Positions 28,632 through 37,382 of a DNA stretch of 64,000 nucleotides are shown here, piece by piece; position 1 is the first letter of the stretch; every line of letters begins with the position of its first letter. Made by a program: the position numbers and the translations under genes. The notes beneath the pieces are model-generated. The model did not search any database and was not told the origin of the DNA. It was given only the letters and a program-made list of their open reading frames with translations. This DNA is from an uncultured Acidobacteriota bacterium (GTDB lineage: Bacteria > Acidobacteriota > JAQAZP01), in NCBI GenBank assembly GCA_963836075.1, contig CAWIIB010000009.1:1440001-1504000 (forward strand), read 5' to 3'.

Positions 28632-31600
28632 GTGTATCCTTACCGTATACAAGAGAGCAGCGGTCCGCGGCGGTCCCGTTCGGGGCGGCGGGCCTTTCTG
28701 ATGGTCCTGATTCCTGTCGTGCTGGTGCTGGCCGGGGCTCTGCCCTGTGCGGCGCAATACACGGCACCAACCATCACGGTCACCGAACCGGACGGTGTGG
28801 CGGACAAGGTGGTGACGGCGGACAGCTACGCCGAAAAAATACTCCAGGACCCCTGGGACATGGACCAGGAGACCGATCTCCACTATTTCATCGACCAGTT
28901 CCGCGACAGCGGTTTCACCACCAGCAGCGGGGACTCGGTCTGGACCGGCGTGTCGCTGCCCACCCCGCAGACCGGTGACCCGTCGACCACCTCCGACTGC
29001 TCGATCATCATCCTCCACCCGGGCCACTCGAGCGCGGTGAACGCCGGACGCAAAGGGGTTAACCACCCGATCATCGCCTCCACCTACCGCTACCTCTCGT
29101 TCCGGATGTATGTCTCCCGCGACACCAAGTCACAGCTGATCTGGTACAACGACGTGATTAACGTGCCGCCTGAGGACGGTGCCGTCAGTGCTTCGGAGTT
29201 CTTCCAGTCCTACGAGGGCTGGCAGGTCTACACCGTTGACCTGGCCGCCCTGGGCACGCTCTCCGGTCCGGCGTGGGGCGGGGAGGTCTACGGCCTGCGT
29301 CTCGACCCGGCCAACGAGAAGGACGTGCGGGTGACCATCGACTGGATCCGCCTGCACAGCGCGGTCAGCGGCAGCAACGTCAAAACCGTGCGCTGGAACC
29401 ACAGCGACCCCAACGGCCAGGCGGTGGTCAGCCTCTTTGCCAGCCGGGAGGACCAGCTGGGCCGGGGTCTCGACGCGGTTTATGACGTGGCGACCATGGC
29501 GGTGGACGCCAGTTCCGGCAGCTACAACTACAACGTGGGCCACCTGGCCGGCGAATCGTTCAACCTCTTCGCCCTGATCGGGGAGGAGTACGCCCAGGTG
29601 GTGCTCAACGACGGTTGGGACATGAGCCAGGCCACCGACCTGGAGGGCTACGGGAACGTCTCCGGGGTCTCGTTCAGCAACGGCATTTTCCGCTGCACCT
29701 CCACCGGCGGCGACCCCTATGTCATGCCTCGCATCGCGGGGCGCTACCCGATCTCGGCCGGCACGTTCCCCGTGCTCTCCTTCCGCATGTATCTCAGCCA
29801 GGCCAACAGCTACGAGGTGCTGTTCCGCCGCGAGGGCAGCACCGCCTGGCACAGTATCGGCTTCCATACCGCGCAGACCGGCTGGCAGACCTACACCGTG
29901 GACATGCGGGAGAGTTCGGCCTGGACGGGGGACATCAGCACCCTGCGCATTGACCCCATCTTCGACACCGGGTCGGTGGACATCCGTTTTGACTGGGTGG
30001 CCCTCAGCACGCCCAACTCCAGCACTGCCGGAGAAGACACCACCGACCTGAGCCGCAGCCCGGGGCCGCTCACGGTGAACCACGCCCCGACGATCCAGTT
30101 CACGGCGCCCTCCTGGGACACCGGTGCCGATTATGCCACCACCGTGCTGGGCAATGCCTGGGACATGGCCCAGGAATCCGACCTGCGGAGCTACAGCGAG
30201 CTGACCAACGTGTCCTTCACCCCGACCAACGGCCTCACCGCCACTACCACCCACTCCGATTCGCAGATGATCTACCGCGACCTCACCGGACAGCCCATCG
30301 ATGGCGACTACTTCAACACGCTCAGTTTCGACCTGTTTCTGGAGGACCCCATCGCCGATCCGGCGGACACCGCCAGCGGCACGCTGCGCTTCGACGTGGC
30401 CCGGGTGCTCTTCCGCACCAGCCATGACGTGCAGGAGACGTGCACCGACGACCTGGTGCTCTATTTCGGCTACCAGGACCACCCGACCATCAGCGGTCTG
30501 AGAAGTCAGGACCGCAGCGGCTGGGTCCGCCACCACCTGTACCTGCCCGACGCCCAGCTGGAGCCGGACAGCGACGTCTTCGACCACATCCCCTGGGGGG
30601 GCAGCGAGGGCTGGTTCCGTCTCGACGCTTCGGAGTATGGCCAGGGCATCGGCGGTGGACGGAAATACCGCCTGCGCAACGTCAAGCTCACCGCGGACGA
30701 CGAGTCCTTTGGCGAGTATGTGATCCGCTGGGCCGATCTCGACCCGGACGACAACGCCCGGATCACCTTCTTTTACGACGACAACAACACCGGCTACGAC
30801 GGCATCCAGATCAACGAGTCCCTGATCTACGAGAACGAGGACGGCACCGGAGGGAGCTACACCTGGCAGACCGGCGGCATCCCCGAGGGCCTCTACTGGC
30901 TCCACGCCCGGATCACCGACACCACCGCGGTGACCAAGGTCTACGCGCCGCGGCCGGTCTACATCCATTACACCGATATCCCCGACACCGATCCGCCTTA
31001 CCTGGCGGACCAGTATCCACCGCCCGGCTCGGTGGGAGCGTCCCCCTACAACCGGATCCTGACCCACGTGCGCGACGACTATTCCGGGCCCGATCCCGGC
31101 TCGCTGATCATGCGGGTGGACGGCGGCATCGTCACGCCGTCCGTCTCCGGCGGCGGTCGCGACCTGGTGCTGGAATACGACCCCTCGGGCACGCTCTCCT
31201 TCGGCCAGAATGTCACCGTGTGGGTCATCGCCCGGGACCAGGCCGCCGACCCGCACCTGATGGACGAGGTCTACAGCTACCAGGTCACATCCTCCCAGGA
31301 TTCGGACGGCGACGGCCTGCCTGACGAGTGGGAGACGATGAACGGTCTCGACCCGGGTGATGGCACCGGCGATCACGGCGCCGACGGCGACGCCGATGGC
31401 GACGGCCGGAGCAACCGGGACGAGTACGAGGGGGGCGCAGACCCCACCAGCCCGGCGCTGATCCTCGCCGCCCCGGGATCCGGGCCGGAAAACCCGCCGG
31501 AAGGCCGTGGCTACTACACCGACGGCACGCCGGTGGACTGGCTGCAGTTCACCGCCTACGGGGTGATCGCCTGGGGTCTCAACCTGGCCGGCGGGGACAT

Positions 31601-32471
31601 TGACGGTGACGGCATCGACGAGGTGATCACCGGACCCGGTCCGGGCGCGGTGTTCGGACCCCACGTGCGCGGCTGGAAGATGGCCAACGACACGGCGGCG
31701 CCCATGCCCCAGGTGAACTACTTTGCTTACGGCACCTTGAAGTACGGGGTGAACGTGGCCTGCGGCGACGTGGACGGCGACGGGTACGAGGAGATCATCA
31801 CCGGCGCCGGTCCCGGCGCGGTGTTCGGCCCCCACGTGCGCGGCTGGAACTACGACGGCTCGGCGATCAGCGCCATCAGCGCCATCAGTTACTTTGCCTA
31901 CGGCACGCCCAAGTACGGGGTCAACGTCACCCTGGGGGACATCGACGGCGACGGGTACGAGGAGATCATCACCGGCGCCGGACCGGGCACGGTGTACGGC
32001 CCCCACGTCCGCGGCTGGAACTATGACAACTCGGCCATCGCCGCCATCCCCAGCGTCAGTTTCCTGGCCTACTCCACCAACCAGTGGGGGGTCAACGTGG
32101 CCTGCGGCGACATCGACGGTGACGGCATCGACGAGATCGTCACCGGCGCCGGACCGGGAACCGTTTTCGGTCCCCACGTCCGCGGCTGGAACGTGGACGG
32201 CGGCCAGGCCGTCCCCCTCAGCCAGGTCAGCTTCTTCGCCTTCGACACCACCAGGTGGGGGGTCAATGTGGCCTGCGGCGACTTTGACGGTGACGGCGTG
32301 GACGAGATCGTGGCCGGCCCCGGGCCGGGATCCGAGTTCACCACCGATGTGCGGGCCTTCAACTGGGACGGCAGCGGTGCGGTGAGCCAGATGGAAAACG
32401 CCAGCTTCCGGGCCTACGATCCCTCGGTGACCCACGGCGCGAAGGTGGGAGCGGTGCGGCTGGGAGACTGA
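28632..32471 (+). CDS. Large secreted surface protein (three repeated WDM-containing modules, Ca-binding DxDxDG repeats, C-terminal FG-GAP repeats)
   Basis: GTG 28632 after GGAGGTG; GRRAFL plus hydrophobic signal; three YA..VL..AWDM.Q..DL-type modules; DSDGDGLPDEWE, DADGDGRSNRDE; five G[VL]N[VL]..GD.DGDG..E[IV]..G.GPG repeats. Confidence 0.85.
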   Translation: MYPYRIQESSGPRRSRSGRRAFLMVLIPVVLVLAGALPCAAQYTAPTITVTEPDGVADKVVTADSYAEKILQDPWDMDQETDLHYFIDQFRDSGFTTSSGDSVWTGVSLPTPQTGDPSTTSDCSIIILHPGHSSAVNAGRKGVNHPIIASTYRYLSFRMYVSRDTKSQLIWYNDVINVPPEDGAVSASEFFQSYEGWQVYTVDLAALGTLSGPAWGGEVYGLRLDPANEKDVRVTIDWIRLHSAVSGSNVKTVRWNHSDPNGQAVVSLFASREDQLGRGLDAVYDVATMAVDASSGSYNYNVGHLAGESFNLFALIGEEYAQVVLNDGWDMSQATDLEGYGNVSGVSFSNGIFRCTSTGGDPYVMPRIAGRYPISAGTFPVLSFRMYLSQANSYEVLFRREGSTAWHSIGFHTAQTGWQTYTVDMRESSAWTGDISTLRIDPIFDTGSVDIRFDWVALSTPNSSTAGEDTTDLSRSPGPLTVNHAPTIQFTAPSWDTGADYATTVLGNAWDMAQESDLRSYSELTNVSFTPTNGLTATTTHSDSQMIYRDLTGQPIDGDYFNTLSFDLFLEDPIADPADTASGTLRFDVARVLFRTSHDVQETCTDDLVLYFGYQDHPTISGLRSQDRSGWVRHHLYLPDAQLEPDSDVFDHIPWGGSEGWFRLDASEYGQGIGGGRKYRLRNVKLTADDESFGEYVIRWADLDPDDNARITFFYDDNNTGYDGIQINESLIYENEDGTGGSYTWQTGGIPEGLYWLHARITDTTAVTKVYAPRPVYIHYTDIPDTDPPYLADQYPPPGSVGASPYNRILTHVRDDYSGPDPGSLIMRVDGGIVTPSVSGGGRDLVLEYDPSGTLSFGQNVTVWVIARDQAADPHLMDEVYSYQVTSSQDSDGDGLPDEWETMNGLDPGDGTGDHGADGDADGDGRSNRDEYEGGADPTSPALILAAPGSGPENPPEGRGYYTDGTPVDWLQFTAYGVIAWGLNLAGGDIDGDGIDEVITGPGPGAVFGPHVRGWKMANDTAAPMPQVNYFAYGTLKYGVNVACGDVDGDGYEEIITGAGPGAVFGPHVRGWNYDGSAISAISAISYFAYGTPKYGVNVTLGDIDGDGYEEIITGAGPGTVYGPHVRGWNYDNSAIAAIPSVSFLAYSTNQWGVNVACGDIDGDGIDEIVTGAGPGTVFGPHVRGWNVDGGQAVPLSQVSFFAFDTTRWGVNVACGDFDGDGVDEIVAGPGPGSEFTTDVRAFNWDGSGAVSQMENASFRAYDPSVTHGAKVGAVRLGD
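31570..32365 (+). repeat. Five intragenic FG-GAP-type tandem repeats (~174-180 nt period)
   Basis: Recurring nucleotide and protein unit, e.g. GGGGTCAACGTGGCCTGCGGCGAC...CCCCACGTCCGCGGCTGGAAC (GVNVACGD.DGDG..EI.TGAGPG.VFGPHVRGWN). Confidence 0.9.
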
Positions 32472-32492
32472 CCGGACGAGAAACGTATTCTT

Positions 32493-32535
32493 CGGCGCCG
32501 GGTGTTCGCCGCTTCAACAGGCGGGACCCGGCGTC
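32493..32535. terminator. Hairpin between convergent genes (possible bidirectional terminator)
   Basis: GGCGCCGGGT...ACCCGGCGTC outer stem with inner CGCC/GGCG; lies between the stops at 32471 (+) and 32538 (-); no strong U-tract. Confidence 0.45.
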
Positions 32536-32537
32536 TT

Positions 32538-34826
32538 CTACTGTACATACCCCAGGGCGCGGAGCCGCTCCAGCTCCTGCTCGTCGAGCACCTCGGAGTT
32601 CTGCGGAACGGAGTTCAGGAGGTCTGAGCCGGCTTCGGCAAACCAGGCCTCCATCCGCCCGCGCATCTCGGCTTCAACCTCGGGCACGGTTCCCATCAGG
32701 TCCTTTCGCTCACCCGGGTCATCCTCGATATTGAACAGCTGTTCCGCCGGCGGCCCGTGACTCATCAGCCAGCGGCCCTGGGCTGTCTGCGGCACTTCCC
32801 CGTCGAAGGCCTTGCGGTTGAAGTAGATATATTTCCAGGGCGGCCGGATGACGGAAAAGCGGAGCGGCGCGTGAGCCGAGGTGAACGAGAAGAGCGTGCG
32901 GGCGTCATCAAACCGGCAAATGTTCCGGCCGTCACCGCGGTCCGGGTTGGCCGGCAGCCCGGCGATGGCGCTCAGAGTCGGGGCCACATCCACCAGCGAC
33001 ACCGGCGTGTGCACCACGCTGCCCGCTTCGGGGCCCGGCTCCGGCAGCCGGAGGATCAGCGGCACGTGCAGCACCTCCTGGTAGAGGGTACTGCCATGAC
33101 CCCAGTAGCCGTGATCGTGCAGTTCATCCCCGTGATCGGCGGTGACCAGCAGTGCAGTGCCCTCCAGCAGCCCTTCCCGGCGCAGGACGGCCAGCAGACG
33201 GCCCAGCTGGAAGTCGGTGTACTCGCTCCCCCGGTCATAGAGCCGGCCAACATGTTCCACCCCGGCGGGACCGGGCCGCTCCACCCCGCTTTGCAAAGAT
33301 CGGAGAAAGCCCTCCCCCCAGCCCGGCCTGATCCACGGATCGCTGGATGCCCGGATGTCAGGGGGTGGCCCGGGCCAGGGGGCGTTGTACGGGGCGTGGG
33401 GATCCATGTAGTGGATGTAGCAGAAGGTCTGCTCGCCGCGGTGTGCGCGGAGCCAGCGGAGAACTTTCCGGTTCAGGTCCCCGGCGGTGGGGGGACCGTC
33501 CAGGTGCGGGGCCACATACCAGGTGTGGAAGCCCCGGGGGAAGCCCTTGTTACTGGTGAGCAGGCAGTTGGCCGAGAAGCCGCCGGTGGTGTATCCGGCG
33601 TCGGAGAACCGTTGGGCCAGGGTGGTGTGATCGGTCAACCGGCCGCCGTGGCCCCGGGCCAGCTGTTCCGGGCCGGGGTGGCGGCCGGTGAAGGTGGAGG
33701 CCACCGAGGGGATGGTCCAGGAGCAGGGGGCGGTGGTGGCGCTGAACAGCATCCCCTCCCCGGCCAGCCGGGCCAGGTGCGGGGAGGTCCGGCGGTGGTG
33801 GCCGTAGAGCGAGAGCCGGTCGGCCCGCTGGGCATCCAGCACCACCAGCAGCACCGACGGGCGGGGAGGACCGTCTCCCCCCCGGACCTCCGGCGTGCCG
33901 ATGAGCCGTATCGCCCCGGGACTGCTGTCCCGGATGCTGAAGCGGAGGGAGACCTCCTGGCCAGACCAGGAGGAGAGGTCCACCTGCACTTCCTGCCACC
34001 CGCTGCCGGGGAGGGGAAGGGAGTGCTGGGACAGCTCCGCCAACAGCGTTTCTCCCCGGAACAGCTCCACGGTCAGTTCCGCCGGGCTCCGGCCGCGCAG
34101 GGTTCCCAGGGCAAAGCTCAATTGTGCCTGCTGTTCGGGCAGGCAGAGGGTGACCGTGCGGTCAGCCGTACCGGCCAGACGCCAGCAGCGCCGGTACTGG
34201 TGCTCCAGGCCGATCCTCGACCGGGAGAGCACGTGCCGGGCAAGGAATTCGTCCTGCCGGGGGATGATGGCCAGTCTTTTGAGCACCGACGACCTTCTGC
34301 CGGTGCCGGGGTAGAGCCGCAGGGCCTCGATCGGTTTTGCCAGGGCCTCCGGCGCGGGGAGCCTGAAAGCCATGATCTGCTGTCCCCTGTCCGGATCGCT
34401 CTCCACCCTGATCCGGTTTGACGGCCGGTATCCGGGCGGGTCAGCGCTGGTATAGAGCATGATCGCCGGCTGCCCCTGATCCGGGTCCAGCACCGCCAAT
34501 AGCTGCTGGTAGTGGAGCAGGTCCACGGTGACCTGTTTCTCCACCCATGGTGGTGAGCCGTCCGCAGATTCCAGCCGGAGTCCCCCCGACCGCAGTTCGA
34601 CCTTCACCCCCTCGGGGCCGGCGGTCCAGCCCTCGGGCAGGCCCCGGTCAAAGTTCCAGACCATGCGGGGAGCGCGGGTTCCGACGAAATCCATTGCCAG
34701 GTCGGGCGGCAGGAGATCGAGCAGGTCGATCACCCGGAAATCGTCCGGTGTGGCCGGGGGGCCGCAGCCGACCGCGGTCAGGATCAGCACCAGGGTCAGT
34801 GCAATGGAAATCGTTGACGTCTGCAT
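32538..34826 (-). CDS. Sulfatase-fold lipoprotein, Thr-type, paralog 6
   Basis: Lipobox TAVGC; LDAQRADRLS, WTIPSVASTFTG, HYMDPHAPY, ADHGDE; ends LRALGYVQ. Confidence 0.88.
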   Translation of the reverse strand: MQTSTISIALTLVLILTAVGCGPPATPDDFRVIDLLDLLPPDLAMDFVGTRAPRMVWNFDRGLPEGWTAGPEGVKVELRSGGLRLESADGSPPWVEKQVTVDLLHYQQLLAVLDPDQGQPAIMLYTSADPPGYRPSNRIRVESDPDRGQQIMAFRLPAPEALAKPIEALRLYPGTGRRSSVLKRLAIIPRQDEFLARHVLSRSRIGLEHQYRRCWRLAGTADRTVTLCLPEQQAQLSFALGTLRGRSPAELTVELFRGETLLAELSQHSLPLPGSGWQEVQVDLSSWSGQEVSLRFSIRDSSPGAIRLIGTPEVRGGDGPPRPSVLLVVLDAQRADRLSLYGHHRRTSPHLARLAGEGMLFSATTAPCSWTIPSVASTFTGRHPGPEQLARGHGGRLTDHTTLAQRFSDAGYTTGGFSANCLLTSNKGFPRGFHTWYVAPHLDGPPTAGDLNRKVLRWLRAHRGEQTFCYIHYMDPHAPYNAPWPGPPPDIRASSDPWIRPGWGEGFLRSLQSGVERPGPAGVEHVGRLYDRGSEYTDFQLGRLLAVLRREGLLEGTALLVTADHGDELHDHGYWGHGSTLYQEVLHVPLILRLPEPGPEAGSVVHTPVSLVDVAPTLSAIAGLPANPDRGDGRNICRFDDARTLFSFTSAHAPLRFSVIRPPWKYIYFNRKAFDGEVPQTAQGRWLMSHGPPAEQLFNIEDDPGERKDLMGTVPEVEAEMRGRMEAWFAEAGSDLLNSVPQNSEVLDEQELERLRALGYVQ

Positions 34827-34838
34827 GAGGTATCGATG

Positions 34839-37214
34839 CTACTGGATATAGCCCAGCGCTTCCAGGGCTTCCCGCTCCCGCCGGTCCAGGGCCTCGCTGG
34901 CGGGACCGGCTTCCGTCTGGTCGAGAACGGTATTCACCATGTTCTTCAACTCCCCGACCTTGTCCGGCCGGTCCCCGGCCAGGTCCGAGGTTTCACCCGG
35001 ATCCACCGACAGGTCGAAGAGTTCGTCTTCACCGGTCAGCCTGTTGTGAATCAGCTTCCACCGGCCGTAATGGATCCCCGACAGGTTGCTGTTGAACGGT
35101 GGGTTGACCCAGGATCGCTTGCGGGTCTCGAAGAACCTGGGCTGACCGGTCTCACCCGCACCCTGTGGCTCTGCCCCGGCGTCCCCGAGCAGCAGGGGCA
35201 GGCGGCTCCGGCCCCGGAACAGTTCGGGGAGCGGGATGTCCATGAAATCGAACAGCGTGGGAACAATGTCGAGCAACTCGATCGGCCGGGCCACCTGCTG
35301 CGGCTGCTCGATCCCGCAGCCGGGAGGGAAGAGGATCAGCGCCGGTACGTGGACCAGTTCCCGGTAGAGCGACTGGCCGTGGTTGACCAGGCCGTGCTCG
35401 AAGAACTCCTCGCCGTGGTCGGCGATGACGACGACGATGGTGTTGGAGAGGATCCCCCGCTGGTCGAGAGATGCCAGCAGCCGGGCCAGTTGCCGGTCCC
35501 AGTAGCCGATGCCCTCGTCGTACTGCCCGGCCATGGTGCTCCGGTCATGCCGGTCAAGGGAGCACTGGCCGTGTTCCACGAACTCCCTGACAACGGGAAG
35601 CAGTCCGCCGTCCCAGGCCTGCCCCTTCAGCCGGCCGCTGCCAAACACCTCCGGTGCCGTCGATTCGGGTGAGCCGTACGGTGCGTGGATGTCCATGTAG
35701 TGCAGCCAGGCGAAGAACCGGGTTCTGTCCAGGGTCGGCAGATACTTGAGCAGCCGCCGGTTGATTTGCGGGGCGTCCTCGAAGACCAGGCTGTTGTCGA
35801 AACGGTGAAACCCCCGCGAGAACCCGGCTTCGGGGCGCATCAACGGGTTGGAGACGATGGCCACGGTCTGGAACCCGTTTGCGGAAAAAATTTCGCCGAT
35901 GGTCGGGGCCCCGGCGGGCAGCCTCCCGGCCTGCGCCTCCTGGCTGATCCCGCTGTAGTAGTTGCCGCAAAACATGGAGCACATCGAGGGGTAGGTTTCC
36001 GGGGCCTGGGCGGCTGCATCGCAAAAGGTGACGGCCTGCCGTGAGAGGCGGTCGAGGTGCGGGGTGAGCCGTTGACCGGCCCCCCCCGGTCCGGTGCGGT
36101 CGGCACGGAGGGTATCGGCCAGGACAATGATGACATTGTACGGCCGGTGGTCAGGCCCTGCTCCCGCGGGCCAGGTGAGGACCAGCGGGCCCCAGGCGTG
36201 CAGCGGCGGGTGTGAGGCGCTTTTTCCCTCCTCTTCCGCGGTGAGCTCCAGCCGGATCTTCCTGCCGGCCAGTTCTGCCAGCGGGAGCTGCCGGTTGACC
36301 CACCGGATGCCTGCGGCCTGGTTTGTCCTCTGCTCCTTCGAACAGACCAGGGTGGACTCTTTTCCGGCTGTCGTGTCCGGGGCCCCGTTGTCTGCGGGGA
36401 GCGGTCGGGCGGTGACCCGGCAGATCACCGGCCCGGCCGCTGCGGGTGAGAAGTGCGGCAGCTGGGCCACGGAATAGTGCAGCACAGTCCCCTCCGGGAG
36501 GGCCGCCGCAAGCTCGATGGTCACCGGGCCCGTTGAGACGATGGCCTGATGCTGGATCCTCTCCAGCAGCAGTCCGGCCCGTGTCCGGGGCAGGGTCAGT
36601 TCGATTTCGGAGAGGGCCAGGCGGCCCGATTCCTCCGGCACCAGCACTCCCTCCTGCCGTTTTCTCACGCTGAGCAGTATCTCGTTCTCCCCCTGGTGGA
36701 ACCGGGAGGCCGGGATGATCAGGTTGAAGGGGAACCAGCCGGGGTCCATGGGGCGGGCGAGCAGGCGCTGACCATTGAGGCTGACCACGACCCGCGGTCG
36801 GTCGTCACCGCGATCGGCACGGTCCCCGTGGAAGACCTGGACGTCCAGGCAAACCTTCACCTTGCCCCCCTCCCCCGGCCAGAAGGGCAGGTGGATGCCG
36901 GCCTCGGGGCCGGTGGAGAGCACGCAGGGCTGCCCGTCCCGCTGATGATCTCCGGCGGCCCAGCCCTGGGAAAGGATGGGGCTTCCCGCCCGGGCGGGGA
37001 TGTTGATCGGTACGGGTGACTCCGACGATCCCGCCCAGTGGAAATCAGGGGCCAGCAGGTCCAGAGCGTTCGGACCCAGGTTCCCCTGGAGGAGTTCCCC
37101 GCCCCGGTCGCTGCGGCACGAAAAGCAGAGGAGCAGGGCCAGGATCAGGGCGGCCGGGGAGATGGCCAGACAGAACAGCTGGTTTCTTGATACTGTGATC
37201 TTCAGCGTTCTCAT
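34839..37214 (-). CDS. Sulfatase-fold lipoprotein, Thr-type, paralog 7
   Basis: Hydrophobic signal ending LCFSC; ADTLRADRTG, ETYPSMCSMFCG, HYMDIHAPY, ADHGEE; ends LEALGYIQ. Confidence 0.88.
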   Translation of the reverse strand: MRTLKITVSRNQLFCLAISPAALILALLLCFSCRSDRGGELLQGNLGPNALDLLAPDFHWAGSSESPVPINIPARAGSPILSQGWAAGDHQRDGQPCVLSTGPEAGIHLPFWPGEGGKVKVCLDVQVFHGDRADRGDDRPRVVVSLNGQRLLARPMDPGWFPFNLIIPASRFHQGENEILLSVRKRQEGVLVPEESGRLALSEIELTLPRTRAGLLLERIQHQAIVSTGPVTIELAAALPEGTVLHYSVAQLPHFSPAAAGPVICRVTARPLPADNGAPDTTAGKESTLVCSKEQRTNQAAGIRWVNRQLPLAELAGRKIRLELTAEEEGKSASHPPLHAWGPLVLTWPAGAGPDHRPYNVIIVLADTLRADRTGPGGAGQRLTPHLDRLSRQAVTFCDAAAQAPETYPSMCSMFCGNYYSGISQEAQAGRLPAGAPTIGEIFSANGFQTVAIVSNPLMRPEAGFSRGFHRFDNSLVFEDAPQINRRLLKYLPTLDRTRFFAWLHYMDIHAPYGSPESTAPEVFGSGRLKGQAWDGGLLPVVREFVEHGQCSLDRHDRSTMAGQYDEGIGYWDRQLARLLASLDQRGILSNTIVVVIADHGEEFFEHGLVNHGQSLYRELVHVPALILFPPGCGIEQPQQVARPIELLDIVPTLFDFMDIPLPELFRGRSRLPLLLGDAGAEPQGAGETGQPRFFETRKRSWVNPPFNSNLSGIHYGRWKLIHNRLTGEDELFDLSVDPGETSDLAGDRPDKVGELKNMVNTVLDQTEAGPASEALDRREREALEALGYIQ

Positions 37215-37268
37215 AAGGGAGAGGATACGTCCATCCGTGGGGACAATTCCAGTACCCTGGATCCAGTT

Positions 37269-37296
37269 TTGCTCCCCCCGGGCCCTGTGCTATGAT
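37269..37296 (+). promoter_or_regulatory. Probable sigma70 promoter (extended -10) for the MMPL gene
   Basis: TTGCTC, 16 nt, TATGAT with a preceding TG (TGCTATGAT), in the divergent intergenic region. Confidence 0.5.
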
Positions 37297-37382
37297 TCGC
37301 GCGCCCTGAATGCCCCGTCATCAGGGCCATGGGGGCTTTTTTTCCGTTATCCGGGCGGCGGCAGACAAGGTTTCAGAGGCAG

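Noticed and set aside
31570-32365. Regular repeats as a CRISPR array or DGR template/variable repeat
   Set aside because: In-frame protein repeats with mostly synonymous differences; no unique spacers, cas genes, reverse transcriptase or adenine-specific variation.
29130-32435. Very long antisense ORFs (1101 aa here; also 18947-21463, 21949-24219, 25903-28509, 37347-39221)
   Set aside because: Shadow frames of high-GC genes; no recognisable motifs, and each fully overlaps a well-supported gene on the other strand.
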